From: Podarcis tiliguerta
Lineage: Eukaryota
Direction: 5' to 3' (one strand)
NCBI GenBank assembly: GCA_965153285.1
Contig: OZ229110.1
DNA: 64,000 nt
Part shown: piece by piece, positions 1-13,940 of the stretch
Layout: each line of letters starts with the position of its first letter
Position numbering within the stretch: the first letter of the stretch is position 1
Program-made: the position numbers and the translations under genes
Notes under the pieces: generated by a model
What the model was told of the DNA's origin: nothing
Databases searched by the model: none
Seen by the model: only the letters and a program-made list of their open reading frames with translations

Positions 1-140
1 AGGTTCCCTCCCTGGCATCTGCAGGTAGGGCTGGGAGAGAACCCTGTTAGAAATCCTGGAGAGCTGCTGCGGGTTAGGGTGGACAATTCAGCTGTAGATG
101 AACCAATGATCTCACTCAGAATAAGGTAGCTTTCTATGCT
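1..140 (+). mobile_element. 3' part of an old squamate SINE (Squam3-like)
   Basis: ggtagggctgggaga..cctggagagctgctgcc..aaggtagctttctatg. A related copy is at about 62480-62592. Confidence 0.55.
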
Positions 141-290
141 AAGTACAAACCAAGCAAGTGAATTTTCCAAATCCCATAATTGCTGTGTGTCGCTATCTGT
201 GACCAAACTGAGTATAAAATGAGGAGGAAAGATGCAGAATGAAAAGACACCTGTGGCAATTTTTTAGCAGTTCATATAAAGACTGGCTAA

Positions 291-503
<213 letters not shown>

Positions 504-1503
504 TAAATATACCTAGCTTGATAAGTCGCTTGCATCTTTGAACAAGTGATAACGTTTCATGATAACATTTTGGGCTCCACATAAATGTTCAGACTGCTGG
601 AGCAACACACTGAGTATGGTTTATCTTGCTGCACTTGTCCTGTTCCCTGTCACTTGTATCAGTTAAGCAAATTATTAGATAGATGTTTCGTATTTGGTTT
701 GTCAAATGCTGACAACAGAGCCTAGACAGAGCAAGCAGAGTAGCTGTTACTGTTTTGGTTGCTACTTAACATGTGCAAGATGTCTGAGTCTTGGATACCA
801 AGGAAGTAGTGTATATAAGACCTTTGACTTAGGACATGAATGTTTTAAAACTGTGAGTGAATTTCCTGGGTGAAATTCCAGTTGTTCCCTTTGTGCATTC
901 CAGCTTGCCAGGTAGAACGATACCCTCTCCCACTATGTGCTGTTCTGGGGATTCTTCTGACTCCCCAAGAGCCAATTTTTTTGAAGTGGGAGGCAGGGGA
1001 AAGTTCCATTGCACAGGCACTAACTTTGTGCAGGGCTTCCCTTGACAGGGCTGATTAGGTGACTCCCGCCATATTGCCGGAGAGGTTATAGGAATATCTT
1101 TTCAGGGGTGTATCCTGAAGAAGAGGGGTAGATTCAGAAAAACTTTGTAAGTCTAAGAGCAGTTATGTTCAGGTGGTTGCAGTTCTGTGCATTCTCACCT
1201 CCTGAACTGAGATTACTCGTTTGTTGGCTAATGTTACTTCTAAACAGACACATCCCCATTCTGGCAAGTGGAGATATCTTGAGGTTCATAGTGCAAAAGT
1301 TACCATGCTTTTAGGGCAGCCACAGAATGATTAGAAGCGGCTATCAGATGGTAATCTGGTCATGTTGACCATACACTCATATGTTAGGCTAGTTGTCGGT
1401 ATGGTGAGGCAAATTTTACCAAGCACTTGATCAGAAATCTGGAGAAGCAAGGGTGTGGTGACATTTTTGCTATAGGTAACTAGCTCACCCGAATCTATTG
1501 CAT

Positions 1504-3698
1504 ACTAGCATACTAGGACTCAATTTCTTGACTTTAAGAAAGCCGACTTCATAAAACTTAGGGAAGTGCTGGGTGAGATCCCATGGACAGTAATACTAAA
1601 AGGAAAGGGAGTTCATGATGGCTGGGAGTTTGTTAAGAGGGAGATAGTAAAAGCACAACTTCAGGCAATACCAATGAGACGGAAACATGGAAGGTGCCTA
1701 AGGAAGCCAGGGTGGCTATCTAAAGAACTTTTAACTGAGTTAAGATTAAAAAAGGATGTGTACAAAAAATGGAAAAGGGGGGAAACCACCAAAGAGGAAT
1801 TCAAACAAATAGCCAGCACGTGTAGACACAAAGTCAGAAAAGCTAAAGCACAAAATGAACTCAGGCTTGCTAGAGAGGTTAAAAGCAACAAAAAAGGCTT
1901 TTATGGGTATGTTCATAGCAAAAGGAAGAACAAAGAAACAGTGGGGTCACTCAGAGGAGAAGATGGTGAAATGCAAACAGGGGACACAGAAAGGGCTGAA
2001 CTCCTCAATGCCTTCTTTGCCTCAGTCTTCTCCGATAAAGAAAACAATGCCCGACCTGAAGAATTTGGAGCAAATGATTCAGCAGAGAAAACACAGCCCA
2101 GAATAACTAAGGAGATAGTACAAGAATACTTGGCTAGTTTAGATGTATTCAAGTCTCCAGGGCCAGATGAACTGCATCCAAGAGTATTAAAAGAACTGGC
2201 AGATGTGATCTCAGAACCACTGGCAATCATCTTTGAGAATTCCTGGAGAACAGGCGAAGTCCCAGCAGACTGGAGGAGGGCAAATGTTGTCCCTATTTTC
2301 AAAAAGGGGAAAAGAGAGGACCCAAATAATTACCGCCCAGTCAGTCTGACATCAATACCAGGAAAGATTCTGGAGCAGATCATTAAGCAAACAATCTGTG
2401 AGCACCTAGAAAGGAATGCTGTGATCACCAATAGTCAGCATGGATTTCTGAAAAATAAGTCATGTCAGACGAACCTGATCTCATTTTTTGACAGAATTAC
2501 AAGCCTGGTAGATGAAGGGAACGCAGTGGATGTAGTCTACCTTGATTTCAGCAAGGCATTTGACAAGGTGCCCCATGATATTCTTGTAAAGAAGCTGGTA
2601 AAATGCGGTCTTGACTCTGCTACCACTCAATGGATTTGTAACTGGCTGACTGACCGGACCCAAAGGGTGCTCATCAATGGTTCCTCTTCATCCTGGAGAA
2701 GAGTGACTAGTGGGGTGCCACAGGGTTCTGTCTTGGGCCCGGTCTTATTCAACATCTTTATCAACGACTTGGATGATGGACTCAAGGGCATCCTGATCAA
2801 ATTTGCAGATGACACCAAACTGGGAGGGGTGGCTAACACCCCAGAGGACAGGATCACACTTCAAAATGACCTTGACAGATTAGAGAACTGGGCCAAAACA
2901 AACAAGATGAATTTTAACAGAGAGAAATGTAAAGTATTGCACTTGGGCAAAAAAAATGAGAGGCACAAATACAAGATGGGTGACACCTGGCTTGAGAGCA
3001 GTACATGTGAAAAGGATCTAGGAGTCTTGGTTGACCACAAACTTGACATGAGCCAACAGTGTGACGCGGCAGCTAAAAAAGCCAATGCAATTCTGGGCTG
3101 CATCAATAGGAGTATAGCATCTAGATCAAGGGAAGTTATAGTGCCACTGTATTCTGCTCTGGTCAGACCTCACCTGGAGTACTGTGTCCAGTTCTGGGCA
3201 CCACAGTTCAAGAAGGACACTGACAAACTGGAACGTGTCCAGAGGAGGGCAACCAAAATGGTCAAAGGCCTGGAAACGATGCCTTATGAGGAACGGCTAA
3301 GGGAGCTGGGCATGTTTAGCCTGGAGAAGAGGAGGTTAAGGGGTGATATGATAGCCATGTTCAAATATATAAAAGGATGTCACATAGAGGAGGGAGAAAG
3401 GTTGTTTTCTGCTGCTCCAGAGAAGCGGACACGGAGCAATGGATCCAAACTACAAGAAAGAAGATTCCACCTAAACATTAGGAAGAACTTCCTGACAGTA
3501 AGAGCTGTTCGACAGTGGAATTTGCTGCCAAGGAGTGTGGTGGAGTCTCCTTCTTTGGAGGTCTTTAAGCAGAGGCTTGACAACCATATGTCAGGAGTGC
3601 TCTGATGGTGTTTCCTGCTTGGCAGGGGGTTGGACTCGATGGCCCTTGTGGTCTCTTCCAACTCTATGATTCTATGATTCTATGATTCTATGATTCTA
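1504..3698 (+). mobile_element. CR1 LINE, 5'-truncated, with uninterrupted ORF2 (RT domain and C-terminus), short 3' UTR and (TTCTATGA)n tail
   Basis: ORF 1566..3605 with [23 protein letters not shown] and KFADD motifs, plus the CR1-type C-terminus [11 protein letters not shown]. Octamer tail at about 3663-3698. Flanked by TCTATTGCAT at 1494-1503 and 3695-3704. Confidence 0.96.
1566..3605 (+). CDS. CR1 ORF2 remnant (reverse transcriptase; endonuclease domain missing, no true ATG start)
   Basis: 679-aa open frame beginning at GTG. The frame continues upstream as [12 protein letters not shown] to about 1510. Confidence 0.85.
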   Translation: MLGEIPWTVILKGKGVHDGWEFVKREIVKAQLQAIPMRRKHGRCLRKPGWLSKELLTELRLKKDVYKKWKRGETTKEEFKQIASTCRHKVRKAKAQNELRLAREVKSNKKGFYGYVHSKRKNKETVGSLRGEDGEMQTGDTERAELLNAFFASVFSDKENNARPEEFGANDSAEKTQPRITKEIVQEYLASLDVFKSPGPDELHPRVLKELADVISEPLAIIFENSWRTGEVPADWRRANVVPIFKKGKREDPNNYRPVSLTSIPGKILEQIIKQTICEHLERNAVITNSQHGFLKNKSCQTNLISFFDRITSLVDEGNAVDVVYLDFSKAFDKVPHDILVKKLVKCGLDSATTQWICNWLTDRTQRVLINGSSSSWRRVTSGVPQGSVLGPVLFNIFINDLDDGLKGILIKFADDTKLGGVANTPEDRITLQNDLDRLENWAKTNKMNFNREKCKVLHLGKKNERHKYKMGDTWLESSTCEKDLGVLVDHKLDMSQQCDAAAKKANAILGCINRSIASRSREVIVPLYSALVRPHLEYCVQFWAPQFKKDTDKLERVQRRATKMVKGLETMPYEERLRELGMFSLEKRRLRGDMIAMFKYIKGCHIEEGERLFSAAPEKRTRSNGSKLQERRFHLNIRKNFLTVRAVRQWNLLPRSVVESPSLEVFKQRLDNHMSGVL

Positions 3699-4896
3699 TT
3701 GCATTCAGCACAGATTAGCACTTGGTAAATAGATTTCACCCATGGAGAACAGTGTAGCAGATTCACCGTTGACTGTTTTAACTACCTTGTCTATCACTAG
3801 TCGTGAAAGGAGCCATAATGGATAGGAAAGTTTGTGTGTGTGTGTGTCCCCTAAAACTAATAGGCAAACTATAAAACTGAACAGTGAGTCACTGCTTTCG
3901 CTCATATATATCTCTCCCTTCCCCATATTGAAGGGGCCAGTTTGTCTCATATGTTCTCAGCCTGGCTCCTTTCCCATGGAATAAGGCAGCTGCTAGCCAA
4001 GTGCATGAAGCAACTGTTTCCAGAGCTGCACAAGACTTTACTCTCCGCTTCAAGGAAAGACATATGTGAACAAAGGGTCAGAACCTGGAGAAAGGCACTC
4101 TAAGCTTATTTCCCATAATATCTGGCTCTTCCAGGATTGTTAAACCCACAGATCTGTCAAATGTCTTACTCCTTCTCCAGAGAGTGCTCTCTAGAATCTC
4201 ATTCTTAAATCGCCTTAATCTCCTGCAGATAATAGGGGATGCTTTTGTTTCTGTGTGTCACACTAGATAAATACAAAGTTTTCCAGTTGACTGTAGTTAA
4301 CTTGTTCATACCCAAACTTATTTGAATAGTGGTTGCTACATAGGAAAGCCACTTTAGACTTGATTATCTATATTGCTGTTAGAAACCATATCCGTGTTCT
4401 GTGCTTTCAGGATGTTGCAGCCCTCAGACTTATCCACATGCAATCTATTCCTGTCAAAATATGAGCCCTTGATCATGACTTTATCACATTAGCTTTTACT
4501 ATATTGAACTGTCATAAGTATCATAGTTGTCGCACACAGTTCTTTTCTGTGCTCACAGTTCAAAGCCTTGGACAGAATTGCCTAGTTTGGCATTTGGACT
4601 GTGGTGCAGAAAGCATTAGGTAAGGAAGTTGTTTTCTCTGCTGATGTTGTGCAGCCTGAATCCTATGCATGCTTACTTAGAAATTTGTCCCACTGTGTTT
4701 AGTGAAGATTACTCCTAGGTAAGTCTGCATAGGATTGCAGCTTTAGTTCCTGTTACAGAGTCCTCATTCACAGCAATGTGGTCAACAATTCCAGATTTTG
4801 CTGGAAGGAAAGAATAATATTAAAAACTTGAAAGGGAGAAACACCACCACTTAATTCTGATCCAGTTTTGATATGAGAGGGAGCCCTGAGATTGTG

Positions 4897-5163
4897 TAGA
4901 ATCATATAATTGTAGAGTTGGGAGGGACCCTGAGGGTCATCTAGTCCAACCCCCTGCAATGCAGGAAACTCAGCTAGATCATACAGCCTCTGCTTAAAAA
5001 CATCCAAGGAAAAAGAGTCCACCACCTCTAGTGGGAGTCTGTTCCACTGCCGAACAGCTGTTACTGTCAGAAAGTTCTTCCTAATGTTTAGTCGGGATCT
5101 CCTCTCTTACCACTTAAATCCATTGGTTCAGGTCCTAGACTCCAAAGTAGGAGAAAACAAGCT
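4897..5163 (-). mobile_element. CR1 3' fragment (different subfamily from 1504-3698)
   Basis: Reverse complement encodes [15 protein letters not shown], followed by a CR1 3' UTR and tail. Confidence 0.9.
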
Positions 5164-5442
5164 TGATAATAAGCTGCATTCTATTTTGCTCTCTGATGCA
5201 TTTGTATTATATGAAGATGGATAATTTCTGAAAATGTTGAACTTGGTGTTTGATATTTGCATATCTTTATAAACAATAACAAGGATGCGTTCATATAAAG
5301 ACAATTTTGCAGCACTTAATTCTTGCTATTCTGCTCTAAGCTGCAAGTGGAATAGCAACTCTGTTTCAAGATTTCTGGAATCAAAATAACTTTCTGCAGC
5401 CATGTGGGCAATCTCATTTCTCTAGCTCCAAATGTTTTAGGG

Positions 5443-5797
5443 CCGGCATAGGCAAACTCTGCTCTCCAGATGTTTTGGCACTACAGTGGTACCACTGGTT
5501 ACAAACTTAATTCGTTCTGGAAGGTCCATTCTTAACCTGAAACCATTCTTAACCTGAGGTAACACTTTAGCTAATGGGGCCTCCTGCTGCCACCGCTCCG
5601 CCAGCACACGATTTCTGTTTTCATCCTGGGGCAAAGTTCTTAACCCGAGGTACTAGTTCTGGGTTAGCAGAGTCTGTAACCCGAAGTGTTTGTAACCCGA
5701 GGTACCACTGTACAACTCCCAACATCCCTGACCACTGGTCCTGTTAGCTAGGGATGATGAGAGTTGTAGTCCCAAAACATCTGCAGGGCCGAGTTTT
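5443..5797. mobile_element. Short palindromic hAT-like MITE interrupted by a nested element
   Basis: The two halves match the intact copy at 16292-16427 once 5484-5712 is removed. Confidence 0.75.
5484..5710 (+). mobile_element. Tc1/mariner (Tigger-like) MITE, family A
   Basis: TA|CAGTGGTACC...GGTACCACTG|TA with internal TAACC(T/C)GA repeats. Confidence 0.9.
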
Positions 5798-6168
5798 AGG
5801 GGGACAAATTTCATTCAGACGGTGGTTTGTATGTATTTAAGAGGATAAATGCTCCCTTTTCACTTGTTGCACTGCCAATTATATTTTTATCTACTCGCCC
5901 CACATGCCTCCTGAATCTGTTCAGGGTTTTTACACAACCCCCTGGAACTGAATTTGGGGAAGGGCCCAAGGGATGTAAAGTTCCATTGAGCAAATCCTTG
6001 CACAAGTGGGACAACTTCATTGGATACGACCCAATAGCTTTTGCCACAGCGTTTGGTTAACCTAGTAATCAGGCAAACATTCCCTGGCATGCAGCAATTG
6101 TGGGATAGTCTGTTAGCATTCAGATGTCCTGTTCCTCACTCCAATGTGCTGTCTGTTTCTTCCTGTAG

Positions 6169-6478
<310 letters not shown>

Positions 6479-6679
6479 TATTGAATAATAGGAAAACAAT
6501 TCTGTTTGATTCTGTTGTGAAGCATTTACCCTATTAAAAATACAGTTGTGTCATCCAAACGCACAAAGTATCACTATTCAGGAATACTCACTGGAAATAT
6601 CTGATCCCCTGACCCTGTTGTTCTCAACTCTTAGGTAGGTTCAATTTGTGGCCACTGATCAGTGTTGTTCCTTTTTCAG

Positions 6680-6764
6680 ATTTCAAATTTGATGTGCGAC
6701 TGTATGTTCTGGTGACGTCCTATGACCCCCTTGTCATCTACCTCTATGAGGAAGGTCTGGCCAG
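6680..6764 (+). CDS. TTLL5: TTLL5 coding exon (approx. 9): [28 protein letters not shown]
   Basis: ttttcag| and |gtaggt, 85 nt. Contains the TTL-family KFDxRxY motif. Confidence 0.97.
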
Positions 6765-7108
6765 GTAGGTGTCGGTTCTGTGTCCCATGCTGTAGAAGGC
6801 AAATATTTTGCTCCACAAAGTTGATGAGTCAGGTGTCTTAATTTCATTTTGTGTCTGTCTCTTAAGATATTGAAGAGGTCTCTTGGTAATCGTACTCAGC
6901 TTTTGGAAGTTGGGAATCATGAATCAATGCTTATAAAGTATCTAGATAAAAATTACTTTCTCTCATTGTGAGTGCATTTCCATTCATTTCCTGTCCTATT
7001 CTTCTCAAGCACCAAGTGTTGGGGCAGTCTCTAGTGGAGAATCTGCTGAACTTAGCTACTGGCTGAAATTCAAGCAGCCTCAGCAATGACAGGGAATTAT
7101 GGAATATA

Positions 7109-7244
7109 CCGTATTTTTTGTGTATAATTTGGGGATTCCAAATTAAGAAAATACCCCTTAGCACTACCCATGTATAAGACGAGCCCCAATTTTAAACCTA
7201 ATTTTCTGGTAAAAAAACCTAGTCTTATACATGGAAAAATACGG
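7109..7244. mobile_element. Tc1/mariner-type MITE, family D
   Basis: TA|CCGTATTTTT..GTATAA / TTATAC..AAAAATACGG|TA terminal inverted repeats. Confidence 0.85.
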
Positions 7245-9724
7245 TATGTATCAGTGAATGAAATGCCACTTCCTGACTGTGGCCTTGAGGTGGCAGTAGT
7301 GGACTTTAAGGCTTTCATTGCTTTCCAAAGTTTTTGTCTTTCCTGAATTTGTGAGTATAGGCACAAGGGAAAGCTTTCATGACTTTGGCGCCATCAGGTT
7401 ACAACTCTTTTTGTCCACATATTTCCGTCTCTGGCCAAAATGCCAAGAAACCTATACTATAGGAACATAGGAAGGTGTGTTATACCAGGTCAGGCATGTG
7501 TCCTACCCATTATTTTAATTGAGAACTTGGTTCGAAAAGTTTAAACATTCCACAGCCTTTCTTCAGTAGCTATATTAAGAACTAGAGGCAGTATGCAATG
7601 ACTTGTAGGAAGTGGCACAACCATACTGCATGTGAGATAATATGGGATAAGAATGTTGCTCCCCTTGTTCTGAATTTAGGAAGAAGTTGTGGTGTCCTTA
7701 GTATGTAGTGTTATGGGACAGTGGTCCTCTCTTGTTTGATATGGGCAAATGGGTTGCAAACTGTGTCATATATTTTGACTTCATCCAGAGCAACTTTCCA
7801 TTCTAGCTCTGGGCCTCCTTTGCAGGTAACAATCTGATACTTTAAAGTGGAAGGTATATTTGTGATGAACCTCTTTTGTCCCTACTCCTCCTAATGAACG
7901 TGGCATTTGTCTCTTAGCTCCTCACCTGAAGTAGATTTATTTATTGCATTTTTCAGAAATTATTGTCTCCTAAAGTGGCTCACAGTAAGAATAAGAGAGA
8001 GGCCCTGATATTAGGCATACTAACTTAAATACAAACAAACCCACAAAAGTGAAAGGAGTGAAGAGAAAAGGTAGAGGAGGGAGATCAGTTCTTCAAGTCC
8101 AGAGCAAAAGTGGTGAACTATATAAGCAGGCATTTGTTTTTATTCATGCTGATCTTCCCTTTGCTGGTGTTCTTGCTTGAATAGCAAATGGTGGCTCTTG
8201 TTTCTTTGGCTGATAGATGGGGCCAGAGTGTTCTTTCCTCTTGCTTCTACAGTTCCAGGGCAGCAGGCAGCTGGAGCTGAGTGTTCTTTCAGGCTGTAAA
8301 GGGGGAAGCGAACTCCCTGCAGCTGCTTCATCTCTGGCTGATGGATGAGGCCAAGTTGGTCTCCCTCTTGCCTTGATGTTATTCCTGGGAGGCAAGGGCT
8401 GTGGCTTCCCAATGGCCCTTGGCCCTCTGGTCAATGGCAGAAGTCACAGTATGTTTCCCTTCTACTCTCCAATCTCGGAGCAGTTCACTTATCAAGTGAA
8501 CATGCTTATAGTAATTGTGAGCTGATTTTTTGGGGGGTGGGGTGGAAGGAATCAACTTTACATTTGAATATCACAGCACAACAGGCAGATTCTTAAAACA
8601 GTCCGTTGTACACAATCAAAACAAAGTGCAAAAGGCTTAGATGCATGCTGGTAATTTTTTGTGTAACGTACCTTTGCAAAGTGAATGTTGTTGCCACCTC
8701 CTTTTGTAAGCTTTTGTGTTCTTTAGCAGCCTGTGCCCTTCATGTTTGCTGGTTTTGGATTGTGCGCAAACTTCTGACAGCAGTGAAGTGCCAGTAGGGG
8801 GCACTCAGGCACAGGCTTTGTAAGTTTCTTCCTCAACTTAGTTTTTCTTTGTTTGGAGTCAAAGGGAAAAAGTCAGTTATTTTAAAATATCAAGTTTTAA
8901 AGAGCTATATTTTGGGGCCTAAACTCTTCCAGGCAGACATTTGTAGTTGGACCAGTGCTGATCTGCGGAGAAAACGCAGAGTCGTTTTGTGGAAATACAA
9001 TGGGTTGAGCAGAAAACCAAATGTGCTTCAGAGGGGCCCCAGCAGGAGAAGGGGTGGGAAAAGGACGTGGCTGCGCAACTATGCTCTGAAATGAAGGAGC
9101 AGGCAGCAGAACCTCGCAGTGCCTGACAGTGTGCTGCTTTCCTGTTCCCTAAGCCCCCTAGTGCCCTCTCCTTTGGTAGTCCTGCTTGCTAATTAGCACT
9201 GGCTCCATGGAGATATTTACCTTTTCTCTGCTGGATTCCTGTGGTTTCCAAAGAATTCAGGTACTTACTGTGAGCCAAGGAATTCACATTACCTCATAGA
9301 CTGTGTTGTGGCCAGAGCCTGTTACAGCAGCCCAGTTCCCCTTTTCAGTAACCCCTGCCTGGCAGGCCCTTGATGTTTGGGGAATGTAGCTAACTTAAGC
9401 AGTGGGGGGGATTGCAGTTGGTCTCATGATCCTCCTTTCTTTCTCTCCCCCCACCTCCTAGGTTATAGCCAACATATCAGTTTTGAGCAACAGTATTTTG
9501 TACTTCTTGCTACTACTGAGCATGCCTCGATCGGTTAAGCTAGTACGAAGCAGAATACCACTATTGGTTTTCTACATTGAAGAGCATTGGGCTTATTGGC
9601 AGGATATAAGAGTGTTGGTGCTATCTGTTTTTGTGCATGTGAAGTAGTAGCTAGAATTTGAAAATGGTTCTTCATTTTTTTGGAAGTGGCTTAGAAACTT
9701 TTTTGTAGTAAGCAACTAATAATA

Positions 9725-9848
9725 ATAGAATTGTAGAGTTGGAAGGGACTACGAGGGTCATCTAGTCCAACCCCTTGCAATGCAGGAATCTTTTGCCCAT
9801 TGTGGAGCTCGAACTCACGGCCTTGTGATTAAGAGTCTCATACTCTAC
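9725..9848 (-). mobile_element. SINE with tRNA-Lys(CTT)-derived head and CR1-derived tail
   Basis: Reverse complement gtagagtatgagactCTTaatc..gttcgagctccacaatgggca is fused to attcctgcattgcaaggggttggactagatg..ccaactctacaattctat. Confidence 0.85.
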
Positions 9849-11131
9849 AAGTAATAAATTATGTACCCATTAGGAGATTACATAGATCTGACTGAAGAAG
9901 TATAGAGAATTTGGAGTGGCATTCAAAATGGTACACTGGGCCAAGTTGTTTGAGTTTATATACAGTCTTTCCTCCTTACAATACAAAAATCAAAGTAAAA
10001 CTCCTTAAAGCTTGATTGTCTAAAACAAGAAGCCTAATGTAACGCAGCCAGCCCACCATACCAGCTACTGGCTTCCAGGGCTTATTTAGGTTCCCACAGC
10101 CCAGATGAATAAATATGTTTCGTTGACATCTGAAAATTTTCAGTGTGGGAAACCTCATAGAGGGAATTCTATAACCAGGGTGCCACTACCATGAAGGCTC
10201 AGTCTTGGGCAACCATCTTACAGGCTATACCTGGTGGTAGAACCATTAGCAGGACCTCTTCTGCTGATCTCAAAGCGGGAGTCAGTTTGGAGACCAACAG
10301 ACTTATGGGGAAGAGCTCTCCCCACTTCAATTTCCTTGGCACGGTTTATATACCATAATGCCATTTGTGTGTCCTCATTCCATTTAAGTTCCATCACTCG
10401 TTTGCAATGATACTGGATTTTCCATAAAACGTAGAGTTGCAAATTAATTTGCATCAAATTTTCTGATGCCCCTGAGCATGTTCTGATTTAACGTGTTTAT
10501 TTTACATGTATTTAGAACACTAGGCTAAAAATGCTGAAACTGCCAAGCTGGCCTAATAAATTATTTGCATTTGGTATCCCTCAATTGTTCCTAATTAACT
10601 TAAGAAACAGAACATTTTTTAGTTGAAAAATAAAGCATTGATAAATTTTCCACTCCACATTCCTGTTCAATTGTTATTCCTGTGTCCATATGGAGTTAAA
10701 TGGTTTAAAAGTCGTTTAAACTGCTTCCTGTATTGAGGATGGGGTTCTTCAATCAATTTGTTCATATAAGTCCAATTATGTGACACAAACAGAAAAAATA
10801 ATTAATCAAAGATGGTTCCTGTTACTGATGTTGGCAGAACAGATAATGAATTCAGTCGCACTGCTGTTTCTAAATGTATGTGTGTTTCCTGGATAAGACT
10901 GCAAATAGCCCATTGCAATTTGGTAGTGGATAAGAGACTGTGAAAAAGAGATGATAGCAATTTCTGATATGGTGTGATGAGGGATGGGTTTGGGGAGGAA
11001 GCATGGAAGTTGGCAGCTAGCTTTCATCAGATGTATAGGCGAGGGGAGAAAGTAATATCTAGCCATTCCCCAATCTCTAAATAAAAGATGATGGGACAAT
11101 TGGCCTGCTATGCTTTGAATTATTGTTGTAG

Positions 11132-11317
<186 letters not shown>

Positions 11318-12009
11318 TGATATTTATTTATTTAAATATATTTTTATTATCCTGCTTGTTACACCCTGCCCCCACAAAGTAGCTTACAGCAGTTAATACA
11401 TATAATACATTGAATAATGAAGCACTAAAAAACAAAACTAGTATTTTGTTGTGGCTGTCTTAAATTGATGCAGACACTGATTTAGAGACCACCTTAACCC
11501 AGTAGATCTCTGTGGTCTGCAGGAAGGTTTCTTCTGCAAGCTTCAAAGATCTCAGCTGCCCCCTCTGTGGTAACTTGAATCAGTCTTTTTTAGTGTGGCT
11601 GCCTCTGTTCTGCGGAACAGCATTACTGTTGAGATATGACAGACATCCACTTTTGGCACTTTCCAGAAACAATTGAAGGCATTCTTGTTCCTACAGGCTT
11701 TCCCAGTTGAATAAATGTGTATTTGCCACGAGTCTCTATTTTGTATTGTCTTAGTTTTGTTTTAAAGGTATTGGCTGTTTTGTGTGTTGTTAACTTTTTT
11801 TGCTGTTTTAATTGTACTTTCCCTTGAAATGCTTGCCTAGAAGGTGATTAATAAAATAATAATAATGGTGATGATGATCTATGATTCTAAGACTTGACCC
11901 AAATTGTTTATTTCTGTTAAACATTTGTCAACAATAATTAATACAAAACCCCAAAACTTGTAAATTGACATTTAAACAGAAATATGAGACATTATACTGA
12001 AGTTCCTGA

Positions 12010-12135
<126 letters not shown>

Positions 12136-13144
12136 TAGAGAACTGTTACCCCCAGAACAGCACATGATAGGAAGAGAGGAGGGGTAATTCCGTCTGGCAA
12201 GCAAAAATTCTTGCTCTGACGGAACAATCAGAAGAGTGTGAGGTTGAATACTTCCCATGTGTCTTTTGTAAACACACTATTCCCTATGTAGTATTCACTT
12301 TATTAAGTGAATGCCTTTCATCCTGGAATTCTATATTCTATTGGACAGTTTCTTTTCCTCACATTTGATTGATTTACTGACAACATCATGAATGAGAAAT
12401 GCAAATTAGAAATTCTTTTTAGCAACAAGTTCTTAGCATTAATTAATGATGAGTAGCATCAGTACCAGTGTTGTCAAAATTCTTGTTTAGTGGAAGGAGA
12501 CTGGTGAACTCAAAAGTGTGTAATGCATGGAATAATTCATGGTGTTTGAAGCAGGCATTGTTTTTGCAATAGTGAAGAGTCAATGCCTATGAGAATATAT
12601 GGCTTTCGTTTTCATGTGAGAATTGAAATGGCTTACAATTAATATATACACAGGTGGTTTGGCCAGACTAAGACATGAGCATTTTGATATACTTAAAATT
12701 TTTTGGATCAACTTTGTGTTTGTCTGAAATCTTGAAAGTGATAGACGATAGTCTGCAACAGAAATGGACAAATTATTTATTTATGTGGGGTCACTAGTCT
12801 CCAGACAGTGGTCTTGAGGCCAAGAGAATATTTTTTGGCACAGTAGCTAGGTTCCATAATAAAACTGATGCTTCCTAAAGGTTTTACATAGCTTTTATAC
12901 TTGGGCATAGCAATCCATACAAATGTGTACAATTGCTGATAGTCAAGAAAAGCTATAGCTTTAAAGTGGAATACCTTTCTTGAAAAGCAGCAAGTTTACA
13001 AACTTTTTATTTTTCCATGGAATGAAAGTGTAGGCAAATATATTAGGGGTTTCATTTAAAAATAATGATAGGGCTAACAGGGACTGGAACTAATTGCCTT
13101 GGGGGCTGTCATTTGGTTATCCTAGTTTAGAAGAGGCACAACTT

Positions 13145-13395
13145 GCAAAAGTTGTGGAATTCTGTCCCCACGGAGGTTTGCCTGGCACCTTCATTATATA
13201 GCTTTTGTTGTATGCTGAAGACACACCTCTTTACCTTGGCCTTTACCTCGAGTTATATATTTTGATGACCCACTCTAGTTGTGATTGTAATTAGTTTTAA
13301 ACTGTTTTAATACTCTTATTGCTGTAACCAGCCCTCGGACCTTCTGATGAAGGGTGGGTAATAAATCTAATAATTAATAATAATTATTATAATAA
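13145..13395 (+). mobile_element. L2-like LINE 3' end fragment
   Basis: tgtggaattctgtccc..gaagacacacctcttt..gggtgggtaataaat plus a (TAA)-rich tail. A similar fragment is at about 11600-11870. Confidence 0.6.
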
Positions 13396-13678
13396 GCAAT
13401 AACACTTTACATTGTACTGTGAAACTAGAATATTACTTTCCTTGGTTTTAATTCTTATACTTTGGTTGGTATTTATGGTGTACCTGTGAGCAAGTCTCCT
13501 AATTCCTTCCTACAAGTTTCCTTTAAAGTTCTTTTTGTGGGTGTGCTCTTATGAGTTTTCTGTTTGCTGGCTGCTGTTGTTGCTCATGTTCTTATGTGTC
13601 TTTGTTGCAATATCACAGGTTAAAAATCCTCATATCAATTTTCTCATTCTTTTTCGCTTTACCCTTTTCTCCTTCCAG

Positions 13679-13786
13679 CTCTGATGGCCAGTGTAGAGGA
13701 TCTGATAATAAAGACAATACTTTCAGCTGAACTGGTAATAGCTGCTGCCTGCAAAGCCTTTCTCCCACACCGAGGTGTTTGTTTTG
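13679..13786 (+). CDS. TTLL5: TTLL5 coding exon (approx. 12): [35 protein letters not shown]
   Basis: Long pyrimidine tract, ccag| and |gtaagg, 108 nt. Overlaps track ORF 13684..14034. Confidence 0.96.
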
Positions 13787-13940
13787 GTAAGGAAATGAAG
13801 GCACCTCATCTGTTGTATGTAGTTTCTCTGACAATGCAATCCTATATGTGTCTAGTCAGATGTAAGTTACATTCAGTTCAGAGGAACTTTTACTTCCAGG
13901 TAAGTGTGAAAGGATTCCAGCCTTATGGTGGAATTCAGTA

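Noticed and set aside
9790-9848. tRNA-Lys(CTT) gene on the minus strand
   Set aside because: The 5' acceptor/D-arm start is missing and it is fused to a CR1 tail. It is a SINE.
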